Source: Octopus sinensis (taxonomy: Eukaryota). Taken from it: a DNA stretch of 64,000 nucleotides. The notes beneath the pieces are model-generated. The model had not been told where the DNA came from. It saw nothing but the letters and a program-made list of their open reading frames with translations, and ran no database searches. The translations under genes and the position numbers were made by a program. Shown here one piece after another: positions 38,315 to 51,647 of the stretch. The DNA lies in assembly GCF_006345805.1 (NCBI RefSeq), contig NC_043003.1, forward strand, positions 94,116,001 to 94,180,000, given 5' to 3'. Position 1 is the first letter of the stretch. Each line of letters opens with the position of its first letter.

Positions 38315-41300
38315 TATAAACATATATACATACATTTATACATACAAATATACATATATATGTGTATGGTTGCGTCTGTGTGTGTATGTGTGTGCATTTG
38401 TATATGTATACATGTGGGTTGACTGCTTCATATGAAAGTTAAATATGTCGGCCTTTGACATAGTCGGCCTTTGAAGTAGTTCTACGTCAGTAACTCAATA
38501 CGACTTTTCTCTACGCATTACAACACCACGTTTCATATTTAACAACGTGTTAGGATTAGCTCGCAGCTTAGTGACTGTATAAAGCAATACAACCAAGGAC
38601 ATGACGACAATATTAATTTTTTCATGCTGTAGAGCTCAGTTAAGCAGCAAGAAAGTTCCATAGAAGTAAATGTAGAATTAGAAATATGTTTCTCCCTATA
38701 GGTAATTTTATGTAGTGTTCGTCTTAAATGATCATGAGTAAGTTATGAACAACAAAACACCACATATCTCTAAGTTCCAAACTTTGGTCCATGTCAGGTA
38801 GGCTGGTAAGTAACTGAGGAAATAACTCGCAGGAGTAAATGCCTTAATATATTTCATATTTTGATTAGCTCGCATCTGTTCTAATTACAAAATATTAACT
38901 GGTTCTACTAGATACATCCATTCGATTCGCTGTAGATAAAATGTAAACCAGTGACACACTTATTTCAATCTAATCGACGATAATCATATACATACATACA
39001 TACATGCATACATACATACATACATACATACATACATCATACATACATACATACACACACACACACATACATACATACATACATACATACATACATACAT
39101 ACGTACATGTGTGTGTTTGTGTGTATGTGACATTGTGCTTCGTTTAAAGGCTGATAGTATATCTATATACATGTGTGTGTGAGTGTATGTACATATGCAT
39201 GTATACACACATTGATTGATACATGTACTTTTCTAAATACATTCATGTATATATACATGTGTGTGTGTGTGTATACATTTATACATATATATATATATTC
39301 ACATATATTTAAATACATATACACGCATATATAAACACACACATATGTATGCATGTATGTGTGTATTTCTATAAGCTTGTTGCATACAAGCAAGAAATAA
39401 TAGAAAACTGAAAGAAATCACATAAGACAAGGCTAGTTGATGTTTTGTAGGCTTCACTGCCATAGCTAATTATCGAAACATATAGCAAAATATCCGATTA
39501 ATACATTGGAAATAATGTTGACTCAGTGAAACTAAACATTAGCTAAGGGAATCACTGATAACTAACGATCAATGCTCGTTGTTTATCGATCTTCTGAGAC
39601 AACAAACTCTGCAATTGTCTTTTCAAATAATCGATTGTTCGAAATGGATAGTTGTAGATGAAATAGCATAATCAAACTTTCTAAGACAAACATATTCATC
39701 TCTAATCGCTTGACATATTTGATATCTATAAAGCATTTAAAATTTTATGGCCGTTCTATCGGTTGACCCACACAAAATCAATACTGTTCAATAAATGTGT
39801 AGCCATATAGGTCATTGATACGCTTATTACAGTTACACATACTCATTCTCTCTCAGTCACTGTATGTCTCTCTCCTACACATACACACGAGTATATGTAT
39901 ACGTGTATACGCGCACACGAATACATGTAATTAGACGTTGATGGATCTACTTAACATAGTTTTAATTGATCTAAGCGAGTAATTTAGCCTATGAGAGTAC
40001 ATGCGTACTCCACAGGTAGACGATGCCGCAGAATGTGTCTAGGACAATTAACTAAACAGTAAATTTAAATAAACCACATTGAAGAAAACATGGAATATTT
40101 TATACAAGTTGCTTCGCACGATATTTAGATATATCGATGAACAGCAACATCGCCAGCCACTGTTGAGCTAAAATAATATACCAGTGTCCTTTGCTCTCTC
40201 TCTCTTGGCTCCCACGTGACCATCGGCCATCTTTCTTTCTTTCCCTAACTTGTGTTTCTGTCCTCCTGATATAGCTGGACGAATCAGACGTATTCTTGTC
40301 TATCTCCTGTCCAAGCTTGCTTCTTTGCGTTCGCTACCTCACTTCCTTTAGGCTTAGCAGCCCTCCCTGTATGTTTTCACTGTCCTGTTTTTGTTACCAA
40401 TTTTGACTCAGCGTAAACTCCCAAATTTTATTTAATTTACTTTGCGGGGGCAACTGATTTATCGAAGGCATATCCTGTCGTGAAATTCTAGAAATACGGA
40501 TTAGAAAAACAGCCGACAATTGATGAAGGGTCGTTCGTTATGTAGCGTGTCTTGTTTTCCATTTATTTCCCACGTTGTTCGCAAAAAAAGTTCATATTCC
40601 ATGTATTCGTATTTCGTATTCCATATTTTCGTATTTTTTGTTGTTTACATTCTGTCGTCATGTGTCCACATATGCATATGTATATACGTATATACGTAAG
40701 TATGTATATATGCATATATATATATATATATATATATATTATTTATATTATTATATATGAATATATGCATATAAGAATTTGCTTTGGGGTCGAAAATGTT
40801 CCCGAATCTAAAAACCTGTAGTTTTCAAATTTTCAAATACCGGACCGGTTTTGGCAACATTTAAAAAAAAATAAATAAATAGGGGGCTTAAGAGAGTTTT
40901 AAATATACAAGAGGAAATTCAGAAAAAAAATATGTTTGAACAATCAAATGTACGAATGTTCATAAAAGTTTCATTGAGTTTCACAGAAGGTAGACAGTAA
41001 TCTAAGTTTAAAATGTCAATGAAGATCATATGAAATATATACCATTGAAAGTTTACTCATAGTGAGTTTTATAAAACAAAGGAGAAAGTGAAAAAAGATG
41101 GTTAGAAAGCTTAACGTGTTTTTACAATTTATGTCGTAGTGCATGAAGGAGTCCCTCGTCAATTTCTGACGTAGTGCGAAAGTCCTTTCTTATAGGGCAC
41201 TTTTGTTAGTGTTCGCGGTGGTGATGTTGTTGAGACAACAGTTTTAGACGGAGCAAATGTTGTTTATGTAAACAGCTATTTATACAGAATAAACGGAAAG

Positions 41301-41348
41301 CGTGTGTATAGCGTGTGTATAAAATTATAGAATTATTTTAATTGTTAC

Positions 41349-41530
41349 GCGTGTGTCTAAAATTATTCGTTTTGTTTTTGTTTTGAGTTTTTGCTTTCGT
41401 TTTAGCCTTTCGTTATTTTTCTTAATTGTTATCCTTAAATTAATTTAACAATCAAGAAAAAGAAAACGAAAGGCTAAAACGAAAGCAAAAACTCAAAACA
41501 AAAACAAATCGAATAATTTTAGACACACGC
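41349..41530. repeat. ~82-bp-arm imperfect hairpin inside an unclassified DNA-transposon-like repeat (~40790-41846)
   Basis: gcgtgtgtctaaaattattcg...gcctttcgtt..cttaattgtt / aacaatcaag..aacgaaaggc...cgaataattttagacacacgc. It is followed by a partial third arm, a ggttagggttagggtgaggg tract and a TIR-like end, gttcaaaaggaaaagatcc. Confidence 0.8.
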
Positions 41531-41859
41531 ATATCAATTAAATTAATTTAACAATTAAGAAAAAAAAACGAAAGGCTAAAATTTATGGTTAGGGTTAGGG
41601 TGAGGGTTAATGACAGGATGTTGTCTCAGTTTTAGACGTAGCAAATGATTTTAGCTCAATAGAGGCAATTGAGTGGTTAAATTCGAAAAATTAAACTACA
41701 TTAAACTTACAAATTACAATTTTCTCAAGAAAGCCAAGAGAAAAAAATGTTTTATTTTGACACATTCTACCAGTATACGAAGTTTAAAAGTGTTTAGTTA
41801 ACTAGAAATTGTGTTGAAAACTGTCGTTCAAAAGGAAAAGATCCGAAAATTTCAATACC

Positions 41860-42277
41860 AACTTCCTAAGGCAGTTATGAGAGACTATCAAGACCAAACA
41901 CCCAGAAAAACTGATGAATGGGGTCTTGTTTCATTAGGACAATGCTTCAGCACACAAGTCCTTGGTTCCAATGGCTGATGTGTGTGACTGGCTTTGAACT
42001 GGTTGATCATCCTCCCTATATTAGTGATTTGGTTCCTTCTGGTTATCTGTTTTCCAACATAGAAAAACACTCAGCTGAGCACCAGTATCACTATGATGAG
42101 AACATCTTATCTGTTGTTGATGAACAGAAAAGCTTCTTTACCAGTGCGACGCAAGCACTGCAACTACTAATGGAAGTGTGTGGACAGTAAGAGGAACTCT
42201 ATTAGAAAATGAACTTCATTTGGTCACATTCCATTGAGAGTGTCTTGCTCAGCTTATGAACATTTCAGCCGACCCTC
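41860..42277 (+). mobile_element. Mariner 3' fragment with right TIR
   Basis: KHPEKLMNGVLFH*DNASAH and GFELVDHPPYISDLVPSGYLF; TIR ttatgaacatttcagccgaccctc. Confidence 0.88.
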
Positions 42278-42559
42278 ATAATTATAAAGATTATCATTAT
42301 ACCTGCATTTGTTTTAATGTTAACATTGGAAAAATCCACATTTTTCATTAAAAAAATTAGGACCTGGGTTTGCATCCCCTTAGTAAATTTTGTTGCTGGG
42401 TCACTGAATACAGCTAAACATTTCGCCCGGTGTGCTAACGTTTCTGCCAGTTCGCCGCCTTAGACATACCAAACCTTTTTTTAAAATATAATATACTTAT
42501 GTTCGACAAATTATTCAAATCTATAAAAATATATGAGACATATATATAAACATTTGAAA

Positions 42560-43430
42560 AGGTATTTTCCTACTTACTAATAAACCTTAAGTTAACAAAC
42601 GGTATTAAAAATATATTATAAGATATCCAGGGTAAAGTGTATAACGTAATAAAATGTCCAGTGTATGTAATTCATAGGTTAAACATTGTTTTTTCAAGGT
42701 AAATATCAAATAATTTCTCCTATGGCCATTTCTGGGGAACAGTAATCCTTGTAATTAATAAATGTTCGTATCCAAAATTTTTGATAACTGTCAACATCAT
42801 CGGGAAGTGTTAGAAGGGGTCACATTTCGCTTAGTATTAGAAAACTTACTGTAGTTCTAAGTTTTATATATAGTTATGCCTATGAGCAAGAGGAGGGAAT
42901 AGTGTAGAAGGAATTATGGGAAGTTAAAATTGAAAGTATGGTGGGTTTTAAGGGAATGAATAAATTACACCAAGAGGAGGCTAATAAAGTTTGAATATAA
43001 ATGTTATGTGGAATACGGTCAATCGTAGAGTATAACGGTGCAGCTATCTGGTTTGATTAAAATACATAAAAGTTAAAAGGTATGGCATCAGTGAAATTAT
43101 TCAGTAATGAAAAATTATAACTACAGAAAATATCTTTTGACTCCTTAATGCAAAGTCTAGATACTCGTGTGATTGTACTATAGGGACGGGCCTCTGCCGT
43201 GATGGGCCAGTATAAAGAATATTGTGTATTGGTCAACTTGAGATCTTGTATGTGGCTAGCGTTGTTGAAGATTTATGTCTTAAATTATTACTTACTACAA
43301 AACTGTGTGAGTACATGTTTATAGATCCATTGAAAGTTATAGATTAATTTCTAAGATTTCATATATAAATCTTAAGAGGCCTTTCGCTGTCGCTGAAAAT
43401 GAATAGACCCCCACCACACACACCTTGATT
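42560..43430 (-). mobile_element. Decayed Penelope-like GIY-YIG C-terminal fragment and 3' repeat
   Basis: Minus strand, with one frameshift: HKSSTTLATY/IQDLKLTNTQYSLYWPITAEARPYSTITRVSRLCIKESKDIF, matching the TxLSxYIWxLK..W.I..A.PY..C.LC..EK pattern. Eroded hammerhead-like motif at ~42771-42806. Confidence 0.6.
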
Positions 43431-44425
43431 GTTTATTCATTGATATTTAAGTAGCTTCGAAATTATATGTACTGCTAATTTGATTTGTGGTGATACAGTA
43501 GAGTCTGTACTGGATGGGACAATATGGTGTGACCTTTTTGTGTAATGGATAACATGCTTACCTGGAATATATTTGATACCAGACGTCCCACAAATGACAT
43601 CCCATTGTCTTTCTCGGAGTGTAGTATTCATAAATATTTTATGTAGTTATATAATATACACATTCGTATATATGTACGTATATAATCCAAATAATAAGGC
43701 AAAGAAATCCTTCAACACATCTTTAATGATTCATTACAATTATTTCTGTATCAACACTACTTGCAAGGCCAGTTTATGCAAAAATTCGATGTGAAAATTT
43801 ACGTAATGTTTGTGGTTTTAGACGTTAGAGTGGTACTTCATCAGGCTTGCATCTAAGGTGCACTCTTACATTGTGCGATAGATGTAAGAGCGCACCTTTG
43901 ATACAAGTCTGAAAAAATGCCACTCTAATGTCTAAAACGACAAACATAACGCAAATTTCCACTTCGAAATTTTGCGTAATTTGGCGTTGCAAGCAGAGGT
44001 GGTACAGAAACAATTATAAAGCGGTTAAAATGTGTTAAAGGATTTTTTTGTCTTGTTATTTGGATTATAGTTTACTCTTCGCCACACCTACACAACGGTT
44101 TAACCGTCGTGAAAACAGGATTTTCTACACTTGTAGAATTTCGGTATTAGACGGAAATTCTACAGTGTTGGTAGCTCAGAACTCAGGTTCAGTACTTCCC
44201 TGGAAATACCTTACCTTTATACCCAATCACGACCTATGATTTACGTATATATTTATTCTTTCTCGTTCTTACTCTTTCTCTATCTTTCTCTTTCTCTCCC
44301 TCTCCCTCTCTCTCACACACACACACGCAAACACACAGATACACACACATATACACACATATATACATATATATTTGCGCGGATAGATACATAAAGGGAT
44401 ATATGACTAGACTGATAGATAAATA

Positions 44426-44501
<76 letters not shown>

Positions 44502-44964
44502 TTGAATGGGTAGATAATAGAGATACCTGGATAACTTGGTAGATATGTAGATACACATGCGCACACTTAAGAGAGAGAGAGGGGGGAGAAAGAAAGAGAG
44601 TTACAGTTTTACTATTGTAAACCGAATCTTTAAGTTATTCGACTACTTGACAAAATGCCTTAAGTAACACAAAGCTTATCCGCTTCGTAATTACTATTTC
44701 TCATCTGTGTATGTATATCCCTGCATATATGCTTCGAAAACAATAGCTTATAGCTATACAGAAATGTACTTTAGTTTACAAAGCGTAGTGTAAATTGGTT
44801 TTACGTCTCATAACCGAAGGAAAAACTCGTGATACGTCGTAATCATTGAGATATTAGATTTGAAATTAATATGACTTTCTTTATGTTCACTAGGAACTTA
44901 TTTAAATTGATATTATAATCGTTAGCTAAATTTCCACATTATTCTATAATGATAACATGATAGT

Positions 44965-45490
44965 TCATGTCTCTGCGGTTCGCCAATCGTTATAATCACT
45001 AAAGAAGAACATCATGCTGAGATACGAAATATATAATTTATAGCAGCATGTCATCCCAAACTGGTGACGCAGTTTACGACCCACCATCCGATGGTCGACT
45101 GTATCGATGGCTTTCAAAATTTCTAGAGATACAGCAACCACTTCCGAATGGTTGAGTGCCTGTTTTGGCAACTGTCGTAGTACTACCGGAGCAGTGAAGA
45201 GCAGCCTCTCTCTGCGTTGAGAGTTAGTCAAGAAGTCGTTTCCTTTTAAGAGAGTGAACAATTTGTTTCTGATAATACGTTTCTAAGCAATGTTGATGTG
45301 AAGTTAGAGGCTATACTCTGGAATTTTTAACATCTCTTCCATCTCCATCATTATGAAGAGATCATATGTCGGTTCGTAATGGTGGAGAGAGATGCGGGGT
45401 ATCTCAGACTTGCCAAGAAGCTCTACAAATGTATGTGGGACCACTTAGCTAAGCCCTGTTCATATGGTTTTTGGAAGACTTACTTAGGCA
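44965..45490 (-). mobile_element. CR1/L2/Jockey-group LINE RT fragment
   Basis: ORF 44965-45261 ..NDFLTNSQ..EVVAVSLEILKAIDTVDHRMVGRKL resembles LDxSKAFDTVxH. An NYRPISLTS-like remnant lies at ~45320. Confidence 0.75.
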
Positions 45491-45546
45491 TATATATGTA
45501 CACACACACGTATAGATATATAGATTTATACAGATATATAATTATA

Positions 45547-46172
45547 TAAATATAATTATAGTTAAGGATCTTGAGAGCAGCATCAACATACTAGAAATAG
45601 ATGTCAAATTACTCCGAAACCATTTGGCGCACTCCATTAGCACTGGCAGAAAGCGAGGGAATGAACAAAAAAGATTTAACAAATTTTTAGTGGATAACCC
45701 AAGATCGAACGATTTCTGGCATAGTAAAATGCTCTGCCTTTTCGGTAGGAATATACCAAAATAGTACAGAAATGCAAAAATATATGTACGTACCCATACA
45801 AATACATACGTATATTCACTAAAAACTGCAGTAGTGTTTTGATAACGCACATGATGAGATGAACAATTGGATTGGTCTCGTATATGCGTGTGAATATATG
45901 TATGTATTTGTATGTATTTGTATGTATTTGTATGGGTACGTATACATATATTTGCATTTCTGTACTATTTTGGTATATTCCTACCGACGAAGGCAGAGCA
46001 TTTTCTATGCCAGAAATCGTTTGATCTTGGGTTATCCACTAAAAATTTGTAAATCTTTTTTGCTCATTCCCTCGCTTTCTGCTAATGCTAAAGGAGTGCA
46101 CCAAATGGTTTTGGAATAATTTGACATATATTTCTAGTATGCTGATGCTGCTCTTAACTATAATTACATTTA
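45547..46172. repeat. Foldback/MITE-like inverted repeat (~260-bp arms, ~110-bp spacer)
   Basis: 45547-45809 is an imperfect reverse complement of ~45920-46172, e.g. acaaatttttagtggataacccaagatc / gatcttgggttatccactaaaaatttgt. Confidence 0.9.
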
Positions 46173-47711
46173 TCTCTCTATATATAAAACTGAGAATGTG
46201 TGTGTGTCTGTCTGTCTGTGTTTCCCTAAAAATTGAGAACTATACAACCAATTTCATTCAAATTTTACACATGCCTTACTTAGGGTCTGAGGAGTGTCAT
46301 TTAACTTTTTGCCTAGGGCGAGCCCACAGCAATATCATATCTTCTCCACAATTTCAGTATTACGTGTTAAAAGTGAAACAAAAACATTTCTCTATTTTAT
46401 TTCAGATACTTTCACTTTAACAATAAAAATTAGAGATAATAACAAAAATTGAATTATATGTAGTAAGTTATAATTAAAATCAAACTAAATTAAATCGTAA
46501 CATAACAATTAATAAAAGTAAAAATAGCAATTGGTATAAAATTGCATCAATGACTTGAACTTGAATAAGTGGTTTCACATGAATGGGAATAAATTAATAA
46601 TAAAATTAGTGTGCTGAAATGGAATAGTCCAGATGGAGCTGTGCGCATACCCTTTACCACGTCTTTTATATTAGATTATCTGCTAATTAGCTAGCATTAA
46701 ATATCTATATGAGGTTTGATTGTATGTAATGTCTGTTTTCTCGAACAGCCGCTCCTACTGAGTACTGCTGTTGTTTTATTTCTTATACATAAAGGACTAT
46801 AGCTTCAACTGCCTACTGCTTTTTGATTCACCGTAAGGTTTGTTGTTATTATTATTACTGTTTAACTATTGTTATCACATTTGTTGGCTCCTCGTAAGGG
46901 AAACGTTGTTGTGTTGCATTTGTTAAATAATTGTAAACCGTAAACTTCCCCCTTTGGTAGAAGCTATTTTCACCGTTTATATGGAAGCATTTTTGTTAGA
47001 ATGCCTTCGATAGAAGAAAGTCCAAAAATGAATTTCGCTACAGCGGTTGGCGGTCGCGAACTCATTAAAATTAAAATGGAAGAAATACAAACCTATTTCG
47101 GATTGATCACCGACAAAGACGGTGAATCTAGGATAACACCACCAAACGAAATAAAAAAATTAAATTAAAGAAAAAACTATTGTCTATAAAGTATACAATG
47201 TAGAGAAAAAATCGATTTCAACACCTGGAGGAAAGCACCATCGAAAAATGTCTTGGTGCGACTATGAAAGATATCAAGTATCTAACCAGAGGCGGTAAAT
47301 TCGCCACAATAGAAGCAATGTTCGAGTCAACGGAGCTAGCAAGGGAGTACTCGACTCGAACCTTGCAAAGTGGAAATATTTTATTTTTACCTTTTTATCT
47401 GGGACGTAGAACGTCCCGGATAAAAATTTAAAATGTCCCCCCAGAAGTATAGGCTGGACTGTGGCAACACTTCTACGCAAGAGGGAGGACAAGATACAAT
47501 TCATCGAAATTGCAAGAGACGGGCCTACAATTCCAGTCTGTTGTATATATTGAGTATTGTTATCACTAGCGATATCAAGATATAACTTTGTATTTTATGT
47601 GTAGATGTATATATATATATATAAAGATGTACATGTAATATGTACACATATATATACACATATTTACACGCACTAGCACTGTGACCCGGCAACGACGGGT
47701 CATAATGCTAG
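46173..47711 (+). mobile_element. Non-autonomous Helitron, followed directly by a second partial copy (47712-~47950)
   Basis: 5' A|TCtctctatatataaaactgag. 3' hairpin tgacccg-gcaacga-cgggtca, then CTAG|T at 47708-47711. The first ~230 bp recur immediately after the CTAG. Confidence 0.82.
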
Positions 47712-48114
47712 TATATATATATATAAAACTGAGAATGTGTGTTTGTCTGCCTGTGTGAATCCCTAAAACTTGAGAACTACACAACTAATTTCATTCAACT
47801 TTCACACATGCCTTCCTTGGGGTCTATGTAGTGTCATGAGCAAAACATATTTAACATCTTGCCTAGGGCGGGCCCACAGCAATATCATACATTCTCCACA
47901 CTTTCAGTATTACGTGTTAAAGGTGAAATAAAAACATCTTTCTATTGTATGTATATGTATAGCCGTATATGTATACATAGATGTACATGTAATACGTACA
48001 ATACGACAGCACAGTGCTCTGGGCAACATTGAGGCGACTGTACACAGCTACCGGCCCACAGTCGACGCTATGTCATTGGTGTCACTATCACAGAAGGCTC
48101 AGCTCGGCTAAACT

Positions 48115-48312
48115 CAGAGGGGACGAACAAGGACAGACACACGTATTAAGTCGAGTATATCGACCCCAGTGCGTAACTGGTACTTATTTAATCGACCCCG
48201 AAATGATGAAAGGCAAAGTCGACCTCGGCGGAGTTTGAACTCAGAACGTAACGGCAGACGAAATACGGCTACGCATTTCGCCCGGCGTGCTAACGTTTCC
48301 GCCAGCTCGCCG
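48115..48312 (-). mobile_element. tRNA-derived SINE (25640 family)
   Basis: Reverse complement of ggcgagctggcggaaacgttagcacgccgggcgaaatgcgtagccg...gggtcgattaaataagtaccag. Confidence 0.9.
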
Positions 48313-50261
48313 ATTAGACTATGAATTATATTATCATAACGATATGTGTCCGTGTGCCGTGCACGCGCGCATCTTTACTCACATTATTATATATATGTAG
48401 ATACATATGTATGTATATACACTACTGGCATACATGCATGTGAGTGCACGCGCGCGTGTATCGGAGCGGCCAGCTTGCGTAGTAAGGTTTTCACTATGCA
48501 CATTTTTTTCTGTGTTATTCAAAGTAAGAGGTATGATATTAGAGAGCCTTGGGGAACTCGAATACCGAAATTGTGCTCTATGGTTGCAAAGACAGTAACC
48601 TTGTTTCGATGTCCCGTAGTTCTGAGTTTAAATACCTGACTGAGAATGTGACAATACTACTCTGCTTTATATTAAACCTTAGTCACCTCACAGTAGTTTT
48701 TAATGTGTTCGAATATGTAGCGAATAGTATGTTTTATCGTGACTTCAGATCTCAACTCCTGATAGATGTTTTCTGCAAAGTTATGGCGTTCTTCATCGAA
48801 CATGGCTCTCTCTTGGTTGGGGAGAAGCTATAAAACTTAGTGACGACAGGCATTATGAAGATGGATATAAATGGTCATATAGAAAGTGAGCCTGTGATAT
48901 GAAATTGTAGTTGCAAACACTCTTTTCCATAGTAAACTATCTCTTGTTTAAATGTTGTAGAGATGTCGTCGTGATATACAGCATGGCTTAAGCATTTTTA
49001 CATTTAGTAGAACCCATTCCATTCTAGCGTTAACTACAGATAAATTCTCCTATACAAAGCCTGAGAGGGGGAGAGAGGGAAGAGAGCAAGTGTCAGAATG
49101 AGAGAGGGTGAGAGAGAGAGAGAAAGAGAGAGCTAGTCACAGAATGAAAGAGAGAGAGAGGGAGAGAGCAAAGAGGGGAAAGCGTAGTCAGTCTGAAAGA
49201 AAGATGAATCAACTCCTCCACTCTAAAGAACTAAAGATCTGGTAGTTTATGTATCGCACCTACCCCTGAAAGGTTGGAACATAAAGATAACTTTTGTGGT
49301 ATATAAACTCAGTGAGCAAAGAACCGGAATGAAAACTTCTAGGTAAACTTCCTGATGCTCTGGTGGCTCTTCCATTTCGCCGTCTTACTACATGTTCTTT
49401 ATTTCCCCAGGATTATGTATATCTCTACGAAAATCGCATTTTATTTCCACCTTTTCTCTCTTAAAATATGTTTTGCTAAAGAAGACTACTACGACACCAA
49501 AAAATTTAGGTCACCTGTCTACCATAGTCTCTTTGCCTTTTCTCAAGTACAAATGGTTATAGGTATCCATCCTTCACGATAAGAAATGCGCAATCAAACT
49601 TACAATATATCTAAGTATCCAATGTATTCAAAATTCAGGCTTATGGTTTCAGCTGGCAATTGTATATGAATGGACATCAGAAGCAGAAAGTCAAAGCTCC
49701 TGCAAATATTGTATTAAACGAAGTTTCAGCTGTCAATTATATATAGCAAATATCAAGAGGATTACATAGCTTGTGTATAATTGTTGAAATCCTCAAAGTA
49801 ATCTGGAAATGATGCATCGTTATTGAGGTGAAATGATTCACAATAATTAGAACAATCACACATACTAATCACATCAAAGCCCTTTCCAACTATCCCTCAA
49901 AACGCGCTACACCTGTCGTCAAGAGCTTTACTACGTTGTTGCATCATCTGCTACAAAAGTTGAATAACCACTTGGAAATCATGCTTATTGAGTTCAAAGA
50001 ATAAAAAGAACACGTTGGACACTAAAGAATATGTACTCAAAAATACTGGACGGTCAGGAATAGAATGTATCTGATTACTTCTCTGCTCAATAACTACTCA
50101 GCTGAAGTGAACAACAAGTGTTGCACTCTATACAATTTAACCACAGATGTCTTCAGTGTATTCATGAACCTCAGATAAAAGATGTGAGGGCCTATCATCA
50201 GACTATCATCATGTGCCAATCTTACGTTGCCTTTAGAATGCTATCGCTGTCAGAAAACTGA

Positions 50262-50470
50262 TTACAAATTTTGGCACAAGGCCAGCGAGTTCGGGGTAGA
50301 GGGAGAGTAAATTACATCGACCCCAGTACTGGTATTTATCTTATCGATCCTTAAATAATGAAAATTAAAGTCGAATCGGCGGAATTTGAACTCAAAACCT
50401 AAAGTCAAACAAAATTCCGCTAAACATATTGTCCGTGGTGCTAACGATCCTGTCAGTCCTGCTGCCTTAT
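50262..50470 (-). mobile_element. Older tRNA-derived SINE with an apparent target duplication
   Basis: Meta-like core on the minus strand. tatcgctgtcagaaa is repeated at ~50243 and ~50468. Confidence 0.75.
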
Positions 50471-51211
50471 CGCTGTCAGAAATATTGCATCTCAAATATT
50501 ACACACACTTTCTCATTTCTAAAGTGTCTTTAAAAATGCTCTAAGTCAGTATATGCTTGCATAATAAAAAAACAAATACTACTTTCAGATTCTCCTCTTT
50601 AAGTAAGTGTAGACCACATGTAGAAATATCTTTCTGTCTGGTATTTGACTCTTGAACAAACAAGTGGAAATCAAATATTTTGTCAGATAAAAAAACAAAA
50701 CAAACGAAACAAAAACAGGCTAGATCAAAATACACACAAGTAATGTATTCTGGTATGCTAATATGTATAAAATGCAATGTAGATTTTCTCATGACGAGGT
50801 TATCAACCGTCTTTACTTGGCAAATTATGCTGAGATCACTCGTAGGTATATGTGATTTCGTTATATATTGATTTAGTAAACAAAGCGATCGATACTACAT
50901 CGATGATTTTGTCTCCATAAATGGCTATAGCAAACGTCTCTCTCCAAATGAAAATATCAACTGAAAGCCTGAACTTAGTTGCTACTTAGTTGAGCCTAAA
51001 TATACAGAAGTACGAGCATATAACAAACCTGCTGTTCTTCCATCACATATTTAGGTAATGTATGGTCAAACAACAGCAACATCAGAAGCAGCAGCAGTAA
51101 CAGGGACCAAGAGTAACAAGGACGTCAACTACTACTACTATTACTGCTGCTGCTATTGTTGCTATTACTACTACCACTACTACTTCTACTTATAATAATA
51201 ATGATAGACTC

Positions 51212-51598
51212 CTGATCTTAATTGATTGGAAATGTTATCATGTACATTGTTTTGTCTTGGTATATAAAAGATGGGCTACAGCAAATATTCTGCTCAATAC
51301 CACAGATTTGCCTGTCAGTTGTTTGACCATAACCAGTTGAGCATGTCCCTTAGTGGCTGACGATATGTACATCTTTGATCATGAGCAGAAGTAGTGGGGG
51401 AGCATCATAGCCATGTGTTGACAGGAATTCTTGGAGGTTTGGATAATTCACCTTTGGAAACATGGGTGGTCTGTTCAACATCCTTAAACAACCCTTATTC
51501 AGGGACCTTTTGAGCAGGATGGGCTACACGACCTGAAGAAAATTCTAACTGGGCCCCACCTGCAAGGTCATGCGCTGCTTATCTTGATATGAGATCAC
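51212..51598 (+). mobile_element. AAT-associated ~555-bp element, truncated copy 3
   Basis: Near-identical to 19590-19977. Confidence 0.85.
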
Positions 51599-51647
51599 TA
51601 TCGAAACAACAACAATAACAACAACAACAATAATAATAATAATAATA

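Noticed and set aside
38600-38830. Possible host exons (AG and GTAAGT-like sites); similar at ~59430-59510
   Set aside because: Splice-like words without a recognisable coding frame cannot be supported without RNA-seq. The window may still be intronic.
41587-41606. Telomere or chromosome-healing site
   Set aside because: Only about three TTAGGG-like units, internal to a repeat element.
47392-47426. 16-bp hairpin tttttatctgggacgt-aga-acgtcccggataaaaa as a terminator or ncRNA
   Set aside because: It lies inside the ORF1-like frame in eukaryotic DNA, with no independent support for function.
48700-48880. Possible APE endonuclease remnant on the minus strand (YSFSPT..DEERHNF)
   Set aside because: Too degenerate to call without a profile search.
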